The notes under the pieces were generated by a model. It did not search any database, was not told the DNA's origin, and worked only from the letters and a program-made list of their open reading frames with translations. Of a stretch of DNA of 61,796 nt, positions 30,327 to 40,200 are shown piece by piece. The stretch is from Candidatus Omnitrophota bacterium (GTDB lineage: Bacteria > Omnitrophota > Gorgyraeia > Duberdicusellales > 4484-171), in assembly GCA_003154195.1 (NCBI GenBank), contig PMCS01000015.1:1-61796 (forward strand), in the 5' to 3' direction. Both the position numbers and the translations under genes were made by a program. Within the stretch, counting starts at the first letter, position 1. Each line of letters opens with the position of its first letter.

Positions 30327-31274
30327 ATGAGCAAGCATAGGAATCGATTATTATTCTCGCTATTGCTGGCAGCGCAGGTTTTTATAGCCGGTTTTCTATG
30401 TTATGTCTTCAAGCAGGTTTTTGATAACCTGCGGCATGCAAACTTGGCGATGGAAATGATTTTGTTCTTAAATTGCGATCGGTTGCCCCCGGGCATGGCT
30501 AGTTATAAAGCAGACCGAGGGAAAAAACTGGTTCAATATTTTGATGAGCAAGGTTTATTGCGCCAGGAACGATTTTTAGATAAAAACAATACTTTAGTTT
30601 TCAGGACTTATGATGGAAAAAAGAACATCACGGAAGAAAAAAGAATCCCTCTAAAACTATTGATTAATAACTTCGGTCCAGATTCCCAATATGCCAAAAA
30701 ATTAAAAGCGGAGGAGAAAAAACGAGATGAAGAATTGATACAGAATATCAATAACAGGATAAAAGAAGGGAAAGACCTTAATACCATAACTGCAGATAGT
30801 GCTACGCTTTTAGATTCGGCGGCGCGTACCAACAATATCGAAGCCGCAAAGCTTCTGATTGGGGCCGGAGCCGATGTTGACGCGCGCATTAATAACGGGC
30901 CGACTCCGCTAATGAATGCTTTGGGGCATGATGATATGGTTAAGTTTCTGATTGACGCTAAAGCCGACGTAAATTTTAAATCTTTTTATACCGACATTAC
31001 CCCTTTAATGGAAGCCGCCGCGCGCGACAAGGCCAATGAAGTTAAGATGCTGCTTGATGCCGGAGCCGATGTAAACACCAAAGCTTACGATGGAGGCACG
31101 GCTTTAATCCGCGCCTGTTATATGGGAAAAACCGACACAATAAAGTTTTTAATTGATGCCGGAGCCGATGCCAGCGCTGCATATAATGATGGCCAAACTG
31201 CGTTAATGGTCGCGATTGGTAATAAAAACACCGTTGCTATAAAATTATTAAAGCAAGCCGGCGCTAATCGATAA
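30327..31274 (+). CDS. Membrane-anchored ankyrin-repeat protein
   Basis: N-terminal TM helix; TPLM-A..GADVN repeats; ends LLKQAGANR. Confidence 0.88.
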   Translation: MSKHRNRLLFSLLLAAQVFIAGFLCYVFKQVFDNLRHANLAMEMILFLNCDRLPPGMASYKADRGKKLVQYFDEQGLLRQERFLDKNNTLVFRTYDGKKNITEEKRIPLKLLINNFGPDSQYAKKLKAEEKKRDEELIQNINNRIKEGKDLNTITADSATLLDSAARTNNIEAAKLLIGAGADVDARINNGPTPLMNALGHDDMVKFLIDAKADVNFKSFYTDITPLMEAAARDKANEVKMLLDAGADVNTKAYDGGTALIRACYMGKTDTIKFLIDAGADASAAYNDGQTALMVAIGNKNTVAIKLLKQAGANR

Positions 31275-31359
31275 CCGCGGTATTACTTAGAATGTTTGGG
31301 CCAGGCCTTAAAAAGACAAAGGGGTCAGCGCCCTTTGATCTTTAAAACAGGAGATAAAA

Positions 31360-31851
31360 ATGACCAGGCTGCTTAAACTAATTTTACCATTCTTGTTTTT
31401 GGTTATATGCATACCTTTTACCCGCGCCGAAAATCAAAAGGATAACGTCTGGATAGCGTATTCGCATAACAGCGTCGGCTGGAGCTGGGAGCAGACTGAA
31501 ATAACCATAACAACCGGAGGGTGGTATCAATATAGCTTAGGCTATCCCAAAGAAATAAAACAAGAGGAATATAGAATAATCCCCCGCGAATTTTCCCGGC
31601 AGCTTAGCCCGGAAGAAATCACTAAAATCAAAGAATATTTAGGGAAACTTAACATGAATATTACCAGCAAAGATGTAAACATGGACTGCATGGATGGCTC
31701 AACGTCATCTCTCAGGTTTACCTTAAATGGGGTGGAAAAAAGTATTGGCGGAAGCTGTTGCGCCTGGCCGAAAGAATATGGCGAGCTTATAAGTTTTATC
31801 GATCGGCTAGGCTCTGATTGGAGAATAATGGGGTCAGCCCTTGAAACTTGA
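31360..31851 (+). CDS. Secreted hypothetical protein
   Basis: AGGAG RBS; signal peptide ending TRA|E. Confidence 0.8.
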   Translation: MTRLLKLILPFLFLVICIPFTRAENQKDNVWIAYSHNSVGWSWEQTEITITTGGWYQYSLGYPKEIKQEEYRIIPREFSRQLSPEEITKIKEYLGKLNMNITSKDVNMDCMDGSTSSLRFTLNGVEKSIGGSCCAWPKEYGELISFIDRLGSDWRIMGSALET

Positions 31852-32014
31852 GTTAGTTATTTTTTCTCCGTGCCCTCTGGAAGTTCCGGGGACACGATAC
31901 CTAACTATTTTATATTAAATTTTCCATTCGTGTTATTCGTCCCCAAGGGGAGGCTACGCTTCACTTCGCACTGTGATTCGTTGTTAAAGATATTTTGCTT
32001 CTCTTCGTGCCCTG

Positions 32015-32065
32015 GGCTATACCGAAATCGCCCGCTTGCTGAAGCAGGCGGGGGCCAAGGAATGA
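32015..32065 (+). pseudogene. Orphan copy of the 3' end of ankyrin gene 35206..36213
   Basis: GYTEIARLLKQAGAKE*, amino-acid identical to 36163-36213. Confidence 0.85.
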
Positions 32066-32118
32066 ACGCTTAGGCACGAAACTAAGCATAAAGGAAACAA
32101 CACCGGGAGGATCTGGCC

Positions 32119-33195
32119 ATGAAAAAAATACTTTTTGCCTTAATTGCTATAGCCGCTATCGGTCTTTTTTATTCTTTTCAACTGCCGTCAGTGAGAGCCG
32201 ATGAAGCCAGGACATTTATCGGCACGATCAAATCTTTCCGGCCGGTTATGGGCCGGCCGTCAAAGTGGTATTGCGCCAGGTTTACCGCGGTTGCCGATAA
32301 CGGCGAGAAAAAAGAAATCTGGATATTAGGCGCTTCCGGAGCCGCTCCGACTTCGGTCACGAATTTTGACGGTAAGCCGGTGGACAAACTGGGATACAAT
32401 CACCGGCCACAAGTAGGTAAAAAAGTCGAAGTTAAATACACAATTGCAGAAAACGGCCGCAATGACGCGGTTTCAATTCGTTATGTCACCGCGGATTATG
32501 TCCCGGCGCCAGCAGCACCAGCCGGCAGCCAGGCCGCTGACGTCCCCTCCGAGCCGAAAAATCTTATTACCGGCCGGATCAACGAGGTTTGGCCGGGCGT
32601 GCCGCGCTCGCTGAAAGTCAAAGATTGCAAGATCCGGGTCATCCCGGACAGCGGTAAAGACGCCTATTTCGAAACCAAAGATGCCCTGATCAGCGATACA
32701 AACGGCACTGCCCTTGCCTGCGATTCGTCAAACCTCAAAAATGAAAGAGTAGAGGTGATCTATTCGGAAGCCGACGGTTCGATTTACGATCCCTATAAAC
32801 CGGCTAAAGCGGTTGCCATACATTATCTTGCCGGGAACAGCGTAAGCAGCCCGACGTCTTCGACGACTGCCGCTCCCGCGGCCGCGAATAATATCTTTGT
32901 AGGGAAAGTCGTAAAAGGCGGGATCACGTTCAACCCGCGCTGTCCTTACTGGTTCGTGATCATGACCGACAACGGCGAGAAGAAAGATCTCTGGATACCC
33001 AGGGATAATATGCGCGTTACCGGTCTTAACGGCAGCCAGGTATACGGCGCGCCTCCCCGGGAAGGTAAAAAAATTGAAGTCCAGTATTCCGTCGGCGACC
33101 ATGGCCAATATGAGACGGTTTCGATGCGTTATGTCCCCGAGAACTACGTATCCCAGCCCGGCGCGGCCCCGGCAAAGAAGATAGAGAGAAGATAG
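32119..33195 (+). CDS. Secreted protein with three repeated beta (OB-like) domains
   Basis: GGAGG RBS; signal peptide; DNGEKK..W and GKKVEVxY units recur. Confidence 0.85.
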   Translation: MKKILFALIAIAAIGLFYSFQLPSVRADEARTFIGTIKSFRPVMGRPSKWYCARFTAVADNGEKKEIWILGASGAAPTSVTNFDGKPVDKLGYNHRPQVGKKVEVKYTIAENGRNDAVSIRYVTADYVPAPAAPAGSQAADVPSEPKNLITGRINEVWPGVPRSLKVKDCKIRVIPDSGKDAYFETKDALISDTNGTALACDSSNLKNERVEVIYSEADGSIYDPYKPAKAVAIHYLAGNSVSSPTSSTTAAPAAANNIFVGKVVKGGITFNPRCPYWFVIMTDNGEKKDLWIPRDNMRVTGLNGSQVYGAPPREGKKIEVQYSVGDHGQYETVSMRYVPENYVSQPGAAPAKKIERR

Positions 33196-33414
33196 AGGGG
33201 TCAGGCCTCAAGAATCAAGATTGATCATCTCTCATCTGTGAAAATCTGTGTAATCTGTGGACAATATTTTTTCGTTGTTTTCTCCGTACCCTCCGTCCTT
33301 CCAGGAGGCTCCGCCCGGCTTTGCCAGGCTCCGCACTGTCCTCTGTGGTGAAAATTTTTCCTTCGTAGTCCAGCCAGCCTTGATTTTTACCCCCCGGAAT
33401 GATATACTTTGTTC

Positions 33415-33591
33415 ATGAAAGAGTCAAAAATAATGAATGCGATCAAAGAAGAGATGCGGGATGACCAGAGGAAGATGACTCCCCAGGAACGTCTCCGGGC
33501 TTTCGTGAACCATTCCCGCTTGATGGTGCAGTTGTCGGAAGCCGGGGAAAGATACCGCCGGCGCTTTAAACCCCGCAGGAACGCAAAATGA
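33415..33591 (+). CDS. Small protein, putative antitoxin partner
   Basis: KMTPQERL motif; ATGA-coupled to the downstream NTase gene. Confidence 0.65.
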   Translation: MKESKIMNAIKEEMRDDQRKMTPQERLRAFVNHSRLMVQLSEAGERYRRRFKPRRNAK

Positions 33592-34148
33592 GAGCTAAAA
33601 ACAGCGGCCAATCGGCGTTACTCCTTCTCGATGTTATCGACTTACTCTCGGAAAAGAAAATACCTTACGCGATCATCGGAGCGCTTGCCGCTTCTTTTTA
33701 CGGCACGGTCAGGGCCAGCGTTGATGCCGACGCGATTATTTCTCTTGCAACATCGCCTCTTAGCGCCGGGGATTTAGCCCATCTTTTATCCCAAAGCGGC
33801 ATGCCGGCAGGATACCGCCGGGGCGACGGCGACGATCCCCTTCAGGGCGTAATCAGCGTTAAGGACAAATACGGCAACCGGGTAGATTTAATAACCGGCA
33901 TCAAAGGCATGGATGATAACGCCTTTAATCGTACCGCCGTAACTTCTTTCCTGAAACATAAAATCTGCCTCATCGGCGTAGAAGATTTTATCGCAATGAA
34001 GCTATTCGCCGGCAGTACCAAGGACATTGCCGATGCCCGCGCCGCCATAGATATTTCCCGCCCGCGCATTAATACAAGCCTGTTGAGAGAAATAGTTCAA
34101 AAATACGGGAAAAGGACTTCCCATCTGCTTGATTCCTTGCTTAAGTGA
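33588..34148 (+). CDS. Nucleotidyltransferase-fold protein (DUF6036/AbiEii-like), putative toxin
   Basis: YAIIGALAASFYG..RASVDAD; EDFIAMKLFAGSTKDIAD. Confidence 0.8.
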   Translation: MRAKNSGQSALLLLDVIDLLSEKKIPYAIIGALAASFYGTVRASVDADAIISLATSPLSAGDLAHLLSQSGMPAGYRRGDGDDPLQGVISVKDKYGNRVDLITGIKGMDDNAFNRTAVTSFLKHKICLIGVEDFIAMKLFAGSTKDIADARAAIDISRPRINTSLLREIVQKYGKRTSHLLDSLLK

Positions 34149-34518
34149 AATGTTAAAAAACCAGAAAGGGAAACACATTTATTTTTTCTCCGTGCCTTCT
34201 GGTAAAAATATTTTCCCTTTCTTGTTTTCTTCGTAGACTTCGTCCCCTGCGATGAGGCTACGCTTCGCTCCGCACTGTTCTTCGTGGTAGGCATAGGTTT
34301 TATTTTTATATCATTCTCTGTAAAAATCTGTGAAATCTGTGGACAATATTTTTTTATTTTTCCTTTGCGTCCTTCGCGGGAAAATCTCCCTCCCAAAATA
34401 CCCCCCGACATTTATTCATATTCTTCGTGAACTTCCTACCCTTCGTGGTAAAATATTCCTGTTTTTCTCTGCGGTGAATTTTTTTATAAAAAGGGAGAAG
34501 GAGCCTTTTTAAAAATAT

Positions 34519-35106
34519 ATGACCGAAAAACTAAAAGAAATATCCATAATCATCGATGTCTGGGATGATGTTTTTTCCGATTTTGACCCCCGGCCGCTGG
34601 ATGAAAGAGCCTTATCGGAAGATTTTATCAGCGAGCTCAAAAAACGATACCGGGAGACTCCCCGGGGAGACCTTTTGATATCTTTTTATGCTCCCAGAAC
34701 CCTGAAGCATGAAGACTCGGAACGAATGGTTACCCAAAGGCTTAAGCAATATTTTGGCGACCGGGCATTACAAAAGAAACAGGAATTATTCCGCACCAGG
34801 AAAAAGGGCGGCGGGTTTGTCCTGGGAGGAATATTTTTCTTAACTTCCATCACGCTTCTGGCTTATTTTAATATTTTCCCGGTACTCATGATTAAGATCC
34901 TGGAAATAGTACTGGTGCCGCTGGGCTGGTTCGGCATCTGGGAAGGTTTTTCGAAAATCGTCAACGCGTCTCCCGGCAGTTCCCAGGAAGGAATACTTTT
35001 CCGCAAGCTTTCAAAAGCAGAATACCGGTTTAATTATGCGAAGAACCCCGGCGGCGGAGTGAGAGGAAACAGCGAGCAGCCAGAAAGACCGATGGATGAA
35101 GGATGA
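34519..35106 (+). CDS. Conserved membrane hypothetical protein
   Basis: DDVFSDFDPRPLDERALSEDF motif; two TM helices; GWFGIWEG. Confidence 0.8.
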   Translation: MTEKLKEISIIIDVWDDVFSDFDPRPLDERALSEDFISELKKRYRETPRGDLLISFYAPRTLKHEDSERMVTQRLKQYFGDRALQKKQELFRTRKKGGGFVLGGIFFLTSITLLAYFNIFPVLMIKILEIVLVPLGWFGIWEGFSKIVNASPGSSQEGILFRKLSKAEYRFNYAKNPGGGVRGNSEQPERPMDEG

Positions 35107-35205
35107 AGGACGAGAGATGAGGGGTAAGGGAAGTCGAAAGCAGCGAAAAATACCGAAAGATGAGGGAAGATAGATGAGAAATGAAGTTGAAAATAAAGAT
35201 TAAAA

Positions 35206-36213
35206 ATGAAAAACAAAAAAATAAAAGGTGGGATTGTGTTATTCATGATGTTGGTTCCGGCGGTCGCTTTCGCGCAGGATTTGAACCGGGAACCGGCTGA
35301 GACAGGAAAAAAAGGCCATACGGAAACCGTATCGGCCATGAAGGCTAAAGGCACCGATGCTAACGCGAAAAATAACGGCGGCGTAACCGCGCTGATGATG
35401 GCCGCATTTACCGGAACTGTCGAAAACGTAAAGACTTTACTGGCCCGGGGCGAGGAAATCAATAAAAAAGATAACTACGGCCGGACTGCCCTGATGTGGG
35501 CAGCAAAGACCGGATATACCCCAATCGTCACGCTCTTGCTGGCCCGGGACGCCGATGCCAACGCCAGGACTATCGCCGGGCGGAGCGCTTTAGTCGAGGC
35601 CGCGGAGAACGGGTATACCGAGATCGTCACCGCCCTGGCGGCCAAAGGCGGCGACGCCAATGAAAAAACCGACAGCGGCGTAACAATCCTGATGAGAGCG
35701 GCGCAGGGAGGACACACGAAAACAGTCAGCGCCTTATTATCCCTGGGCGCTGATGCCAACGCGAAAGATATCAACGATACAACCGCCTTGATGCGGGCAG
35801 CAAGAAGCCGGCACGCCGATACCGTCGCCGCCTTACTGGCCCATGGCGCCGATGCCAACGCGAAAGATAAAACCGGCAAGACCGCCCTTATCTGGGCGGC
35901 AAACGAACCGGGGCAATGCTTCCCGGGAGCGAAAAAAAACGGCGTGGTTACCGATGACAGTGTTACGGCCGCCTCAACCGTCAGGGCCTTGTTGGACAAA
36001 GGCGCCGATGTCAACGCGAAAGATAACCATGGATTGACCGCCTTGATGTCAGCAACGCGGGCACGGAACACCCTGATGATCAATGCTTTGCTATCCCGGG
36101 AAGCGGAAGTCAACGCTAAAACTAAAGACGGCAAAACCGCCTTGAAGCTGGCAATACATAAGGGATATACCGAAATCGCCCGTTTGCTGAAGCAGGCGGG
36201 AGCGAAGGAGTGA
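35206..36213 (+). CDS. Secreted ankyrin-repeat protein
   Basis: Signal peptide AFA|QDLN, like 9780; about 9 ankyrin repeats. Confidence 0.92.
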   Translation: MKNKKIKGGIVLFMMLVPAVAFAQDLNREPAETGKKGHTETVSAMKAKGTDANAKNNGGVTALMMAAFTGTVENVKTLLARGEEINKKDNYGRTALMWAAKTGYTPIVTLLLARDADANARTIAGRSALVEAAENGYTEIVTALAAKGGDANEKTDSGVTILMRAAQGGHTKTVSALLSLGADANAKDINDTTALMRAARSRHADTVAALLAHGADANAKDKTGKTALIWAANEPGQCFPGAKKNGVVTDDSVTAASTVRALLDKGADVNAKDNHGLTALMSATRARNTLMINALLSREAEVNAKTKDGKTALKLAIHKGYTEIARLLKQAGAKE

Positions 36214-36544
36214 GGGACGAGGGATGAAAGATGATGGGCGAAGGATGAGAGAAACGGTAAAGAGTGAAAACATCGGTTGTATTTGTAACGATAGAAGATA
36301 ATGAACCTCCCTGCAGCAAGCTGCAGGGTATCAAATATCTATAAGGTAACCCTGGATAAGGTACAACCCTGCGGCAAGCCGCAGGTAATAAAATCTGGTT
36401 CGCCGTAACCGGCGAAACTTGATTTTATTATGCGGCTAATCGTTTTTCTGCGCCTACGGCTTGAAAAACTCAAGCCTTAGTAATAAAAACCCGTAAAGAC
36501 GGTAAGCAGGATAAAAGAGGATAATTAAAAACGAGGGTGGGACG

Positions 36545-36988
36545 ATGAAAAAAATACTTTTTGCCTTAATTGCTGTAGCCGCTATCGGTCTTTTTTGTTC
36601 TTTTCAACTGCCGTCAGCGAAAGCCGATGAAGCCAGGACATTTATCGGCACGATCAAATCTTTCCGGCCGGTTATGAGCCGTCCGCCCAAGTGGCCATGC
36701 GCGCGGTTTACCGCGGTTTCTGATAGCGGAGAGGAAATAGAGATTTATGTATTAGGCGGCTCCAGTACCTCTCCGACTTCGGCCACGGATTTCGACGGCA
36801 AGCCGATGGATAAACCGGGGTATTGTCACCGTCCCCAGGTAGGCAAAAAAGTAGAAGTCACCTATTCTACCGGAGAACATGAGATTTACGGAGGCCAGCG
36901 CGCGCAGGTGCAATATCCGACGATCACCAACGGCAACATCATCACCAATGGACAGCTGGGGGCGGATTCGATACGGCTGTTGGATTAG
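36545..36988 (+). CDS. Short or truncated paralog of 32119..33195
   Basis: First ~105 aa highly similar to 32119..33195, then divergent. Confidence 0.8.
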   Translation: MKKILFALIAVAAIGLFCSFQLPSAKADEARTFIGTIKSFRPVMSRPPKWPCARFTAVSDSGEEIEIYVLGGSSTSPTSATDFDGKPMDKPGYCHRPQVGKKVEVTYSTGEHEIYGGQRAQVQYPTITNGNIITNGQLGADSIRLLD

Positions 36989-37234
36989 ACTCTGGCGGAT
37001 ACATAAAACCTAACATTATGGGGTTAAAATCCTACCCAAACTAGCGGTTTTGCTACTCCCACCCACACGGCCGTTGTTGGGCAAAAACCGGCGGTATTAT
37101 CAAAAAATTCCCCAAAAAACCTTCGGAATCCCCCCTTGTTTTTCCCTAAAAAATATGTTATATCTTCCTACTATAATATAATCGTTTCTGCCAGCAAAAA
37201 ACTATATAAAACAATATTTTTTAACGGAGGAATG

Positions 37235-40200
37235 ATGCTTTCGTTTCTCGCTCAACCCAAACGCAAACTCTTCTCTAAGTTAACTCTTATACTGGTACTA
37301 TTCTCTTTTTTAGGTACCAGCCTGGGCACCAACTACGCCCACGCCGCTTTAGCCCTCCCTGAGCCTACCCAGTTGCTAGGCCTGTCTCCAAGCTACTCCT
37401 TTCCGATATTAAAGGGATTAAAACTCAACCCGGCTAACCCGCTACAGATAGAATTCATTATCGATAGCGCTAACCAGGATACGGTAAGTAAAGAAGAAGC
37501 ATCAAAACTGATAAGATACTTCTTAGCCGGATTGACTATCCCGGAAGACGATCTCTGGGTAAACCTATCCGTATATGAAAAAGACCATATAATCAATGAA
37601 TCTGCCGCTGCTACCGACGTAGGCCGGGATATGTTAGCCCAGGACTATGTCTTAAAGCAATTAGTCTCCTCTTTGACCTATCCGGAGAGTGAAGTGGGTA
37701 AAAGCTACTGGCAGAAAGCCTATCAAGCCGCGGCCAAGGCCTTTGGTACTACTGATATCAAACTAGATACCTTCAATAAGATATGGATCGCTCCGGATAA
37801 AGCCGAAGTCTATGAATATAAGAATACCGCCGTAGTCAACCAGGCTACTCTTAAGGCAATGCTCGAACAAGACTTTCTCGCATTGCAGAAAGGAACGAAG
37901 GACGAAGTCCGCCAATTTGTAAAACAAATTGGCGAGACCTCGCCATCCGCAGGATGGCGGGAACGAGGGATGAAGGACGAAAAAGCAGGACAAATCAACA
38001 AGGTGGCTTCGGATGTAATGCGTGAAGTCGTAGTACCTAAAATAACCGAAGATATCAATTCCGGCAAGAACTTTGCCACTTTAAGACAGATATACTACTC
38101 TCTGATCTTAGCTAAATGGTTTAAAGAGAAGTTTAAAGAATCCTTCTATAAACACTATATCAACCAGAAGAAGATCAAAGGCATCGATATCCATGACCCT
38201 ACGGCTAAAGAGCAGATCTATAACCTCTATACCCAGGCCTTTAAGAAGGGTATCTATGACTATATAAAAAAAGAAGTTGTACCGGTTGAGCCGGTTATGC
38301 CGGTTGCAGGGTTAAAATCTTCTAACGGACTCAACCGGCCTAACAGTTTTAAAACCGTTAGACGTAGGTACTTCTCCGGAGGAATAAACTTTCTGATCGG
38401 AGTTGTCTCCTCAGTCGTACCCTCGGCCACGTTTGATGCGACCCAGAGAATGGGTAAGTTTAACGCCGTGGGGACGCTTTTGACCAATGAGGTAGCTAAT
38501 GATAACTCGATAGGGGTGGCGGGAAGCCCGGCGGGGATGGAAACCGATGGACGAGGAATGAGGGATGAAGGAAGAGGGGAAGATACCGTAGGACGTGAGG
38601 ACGTGGGACGTGGGACGAAAGGAGCAAGCGCCAGTCCGGCTTCCGCCAGCCCCGTTAAGGATTTTGACGTTTTCTTAGGAGTTATCTTAAACGATGAAAG
38701 CCTCCAGCACGCGCATCCCGCGATTTACCAAAAAATTAAAGCCCGGGGCTCGGCAAACAAAGTAAGAGGAGATATCGTCAAGGAGTTGGATCTTATCAGA
38801 ACCCAATTAGGTGATGCGCAGGGGCCGGTGGATTTAGAGGCATTGCACCAATATTTGCTCGCTAAGGCCCAGGATTTTCGCGACAAAGGTGATTATAAAT
38901 CCGAGGCGATAGCCTATTTCCATGCGTTAAGAGTGTTGGCCGGGCCGATAAGCTCGTTGACTGAATTGATGGTGCACGACATTGCGTCCAAAGACCATTA
39001 CTCTTCTGTCCAGAAGTCATTGTTAGACGCGATATCCCGGTCGTACCGGGCTATCCCCCAGCATGAGATAGATTATTTTAATACTTTATGGAAATCCCGG
39101 AATACATCAATCCGGGAGCTATGGCAGTGGGTACAGAGAAACACCATTGTCGGGTGTTTAGATTATGTGGTTGACAGCGGCGATGGTTTCTGGGCAGGCC
39201 GCAGCCGCTGGGATAAGATTGACCAATCCTGTAAGTTTTTTGAAGCTTTGGAATCTCACCGGACGGGAGAAAGCAATGACCATTGGTATGATTATCTAAA
39301 CAGCAGAAGAGCGGCGGGAGAGGAGCCGTTGGATAGAGAACTATTAGAAGCAATGCAGGAAGGATACGACCGGATAGAGCAGGGAGGAAAAGACGAGACA
39401 ATAAAAAAAATAATATTCTTATCCAACCTTACTATGGATTATCCCAAGATTCTTTTAGGTAATGATGACGCCAGCGTAAGGCCGGTGCTGTGGCCTTTTT
39501 ACAAAATGCTTCCGATTGAAAAGGAAGATACGGAGCTGCTGCTTGTTCTTGCCGAAGAACACCGTGATTACCGGACCCTGGGGCTTGGCGATAGCCGCGG
39601 CCCCGAGGCATTTGTTAAAAAGCTTTCAGTTGAACCTCCCCAGCAGGAAGAAGAACGGCTGCCCGAGCCGGCTTACGACGCGCCGGCGGCAGCTAAATTA
39701 AAAGAAGCATTCAACGGAAACGGCGCGGATGTCGCAGGAAAATTAGAGGCGTTATACCAAAGCGGAGATTTAGCCAGAGCGATATCTTATCTTGCCCTGC
39801 TGGACCGGCCCAAGACAAAAGGGGTCACTATTTTACAGCATTGCGTACAAGTCGTCCGGTGGATGGCCGCAGTCGATGAGGGCGATTTTGCCGGATTCTC
39901 TGCTTTGAGAAAAGGTAAACCTTACATCCCTGAAAGTCACTTCCGCAGTTTAAGCCGGGCGTTGCGCCAGGCGCGGGATTATATCGCCGGATTATACGAC
40001 GAGCAAACGGCGAATCGGCTTATCTACCTGGCCGCGTTTATGCATGATATCGGGGATATCTTCAATTACGGCGACCACACCACCAGGGGAGCGGCGATGA
40101 TCGAGCCTGTGCTGGCGATCCTGGGCATTAATGACCGGCGCATTGCCAACTGGTTCCGGTTTATCATCAGGTACCATTCTGAATTCGGCGGTATGAATAT

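Noticed and set aside
16383-36988. Classical integron
   Set aside because: No intI gene and no attC-type RYYYAAC...GTTRRRY sites were seen; reported instead as an integron-like array.
37136-37234. Upstream TTG start for giant gene 2
   Set aside because: The GGAGG RBS and the signal peptide favour the ATG at 37235 (or 37232); the upstream sequence looks like promoter.
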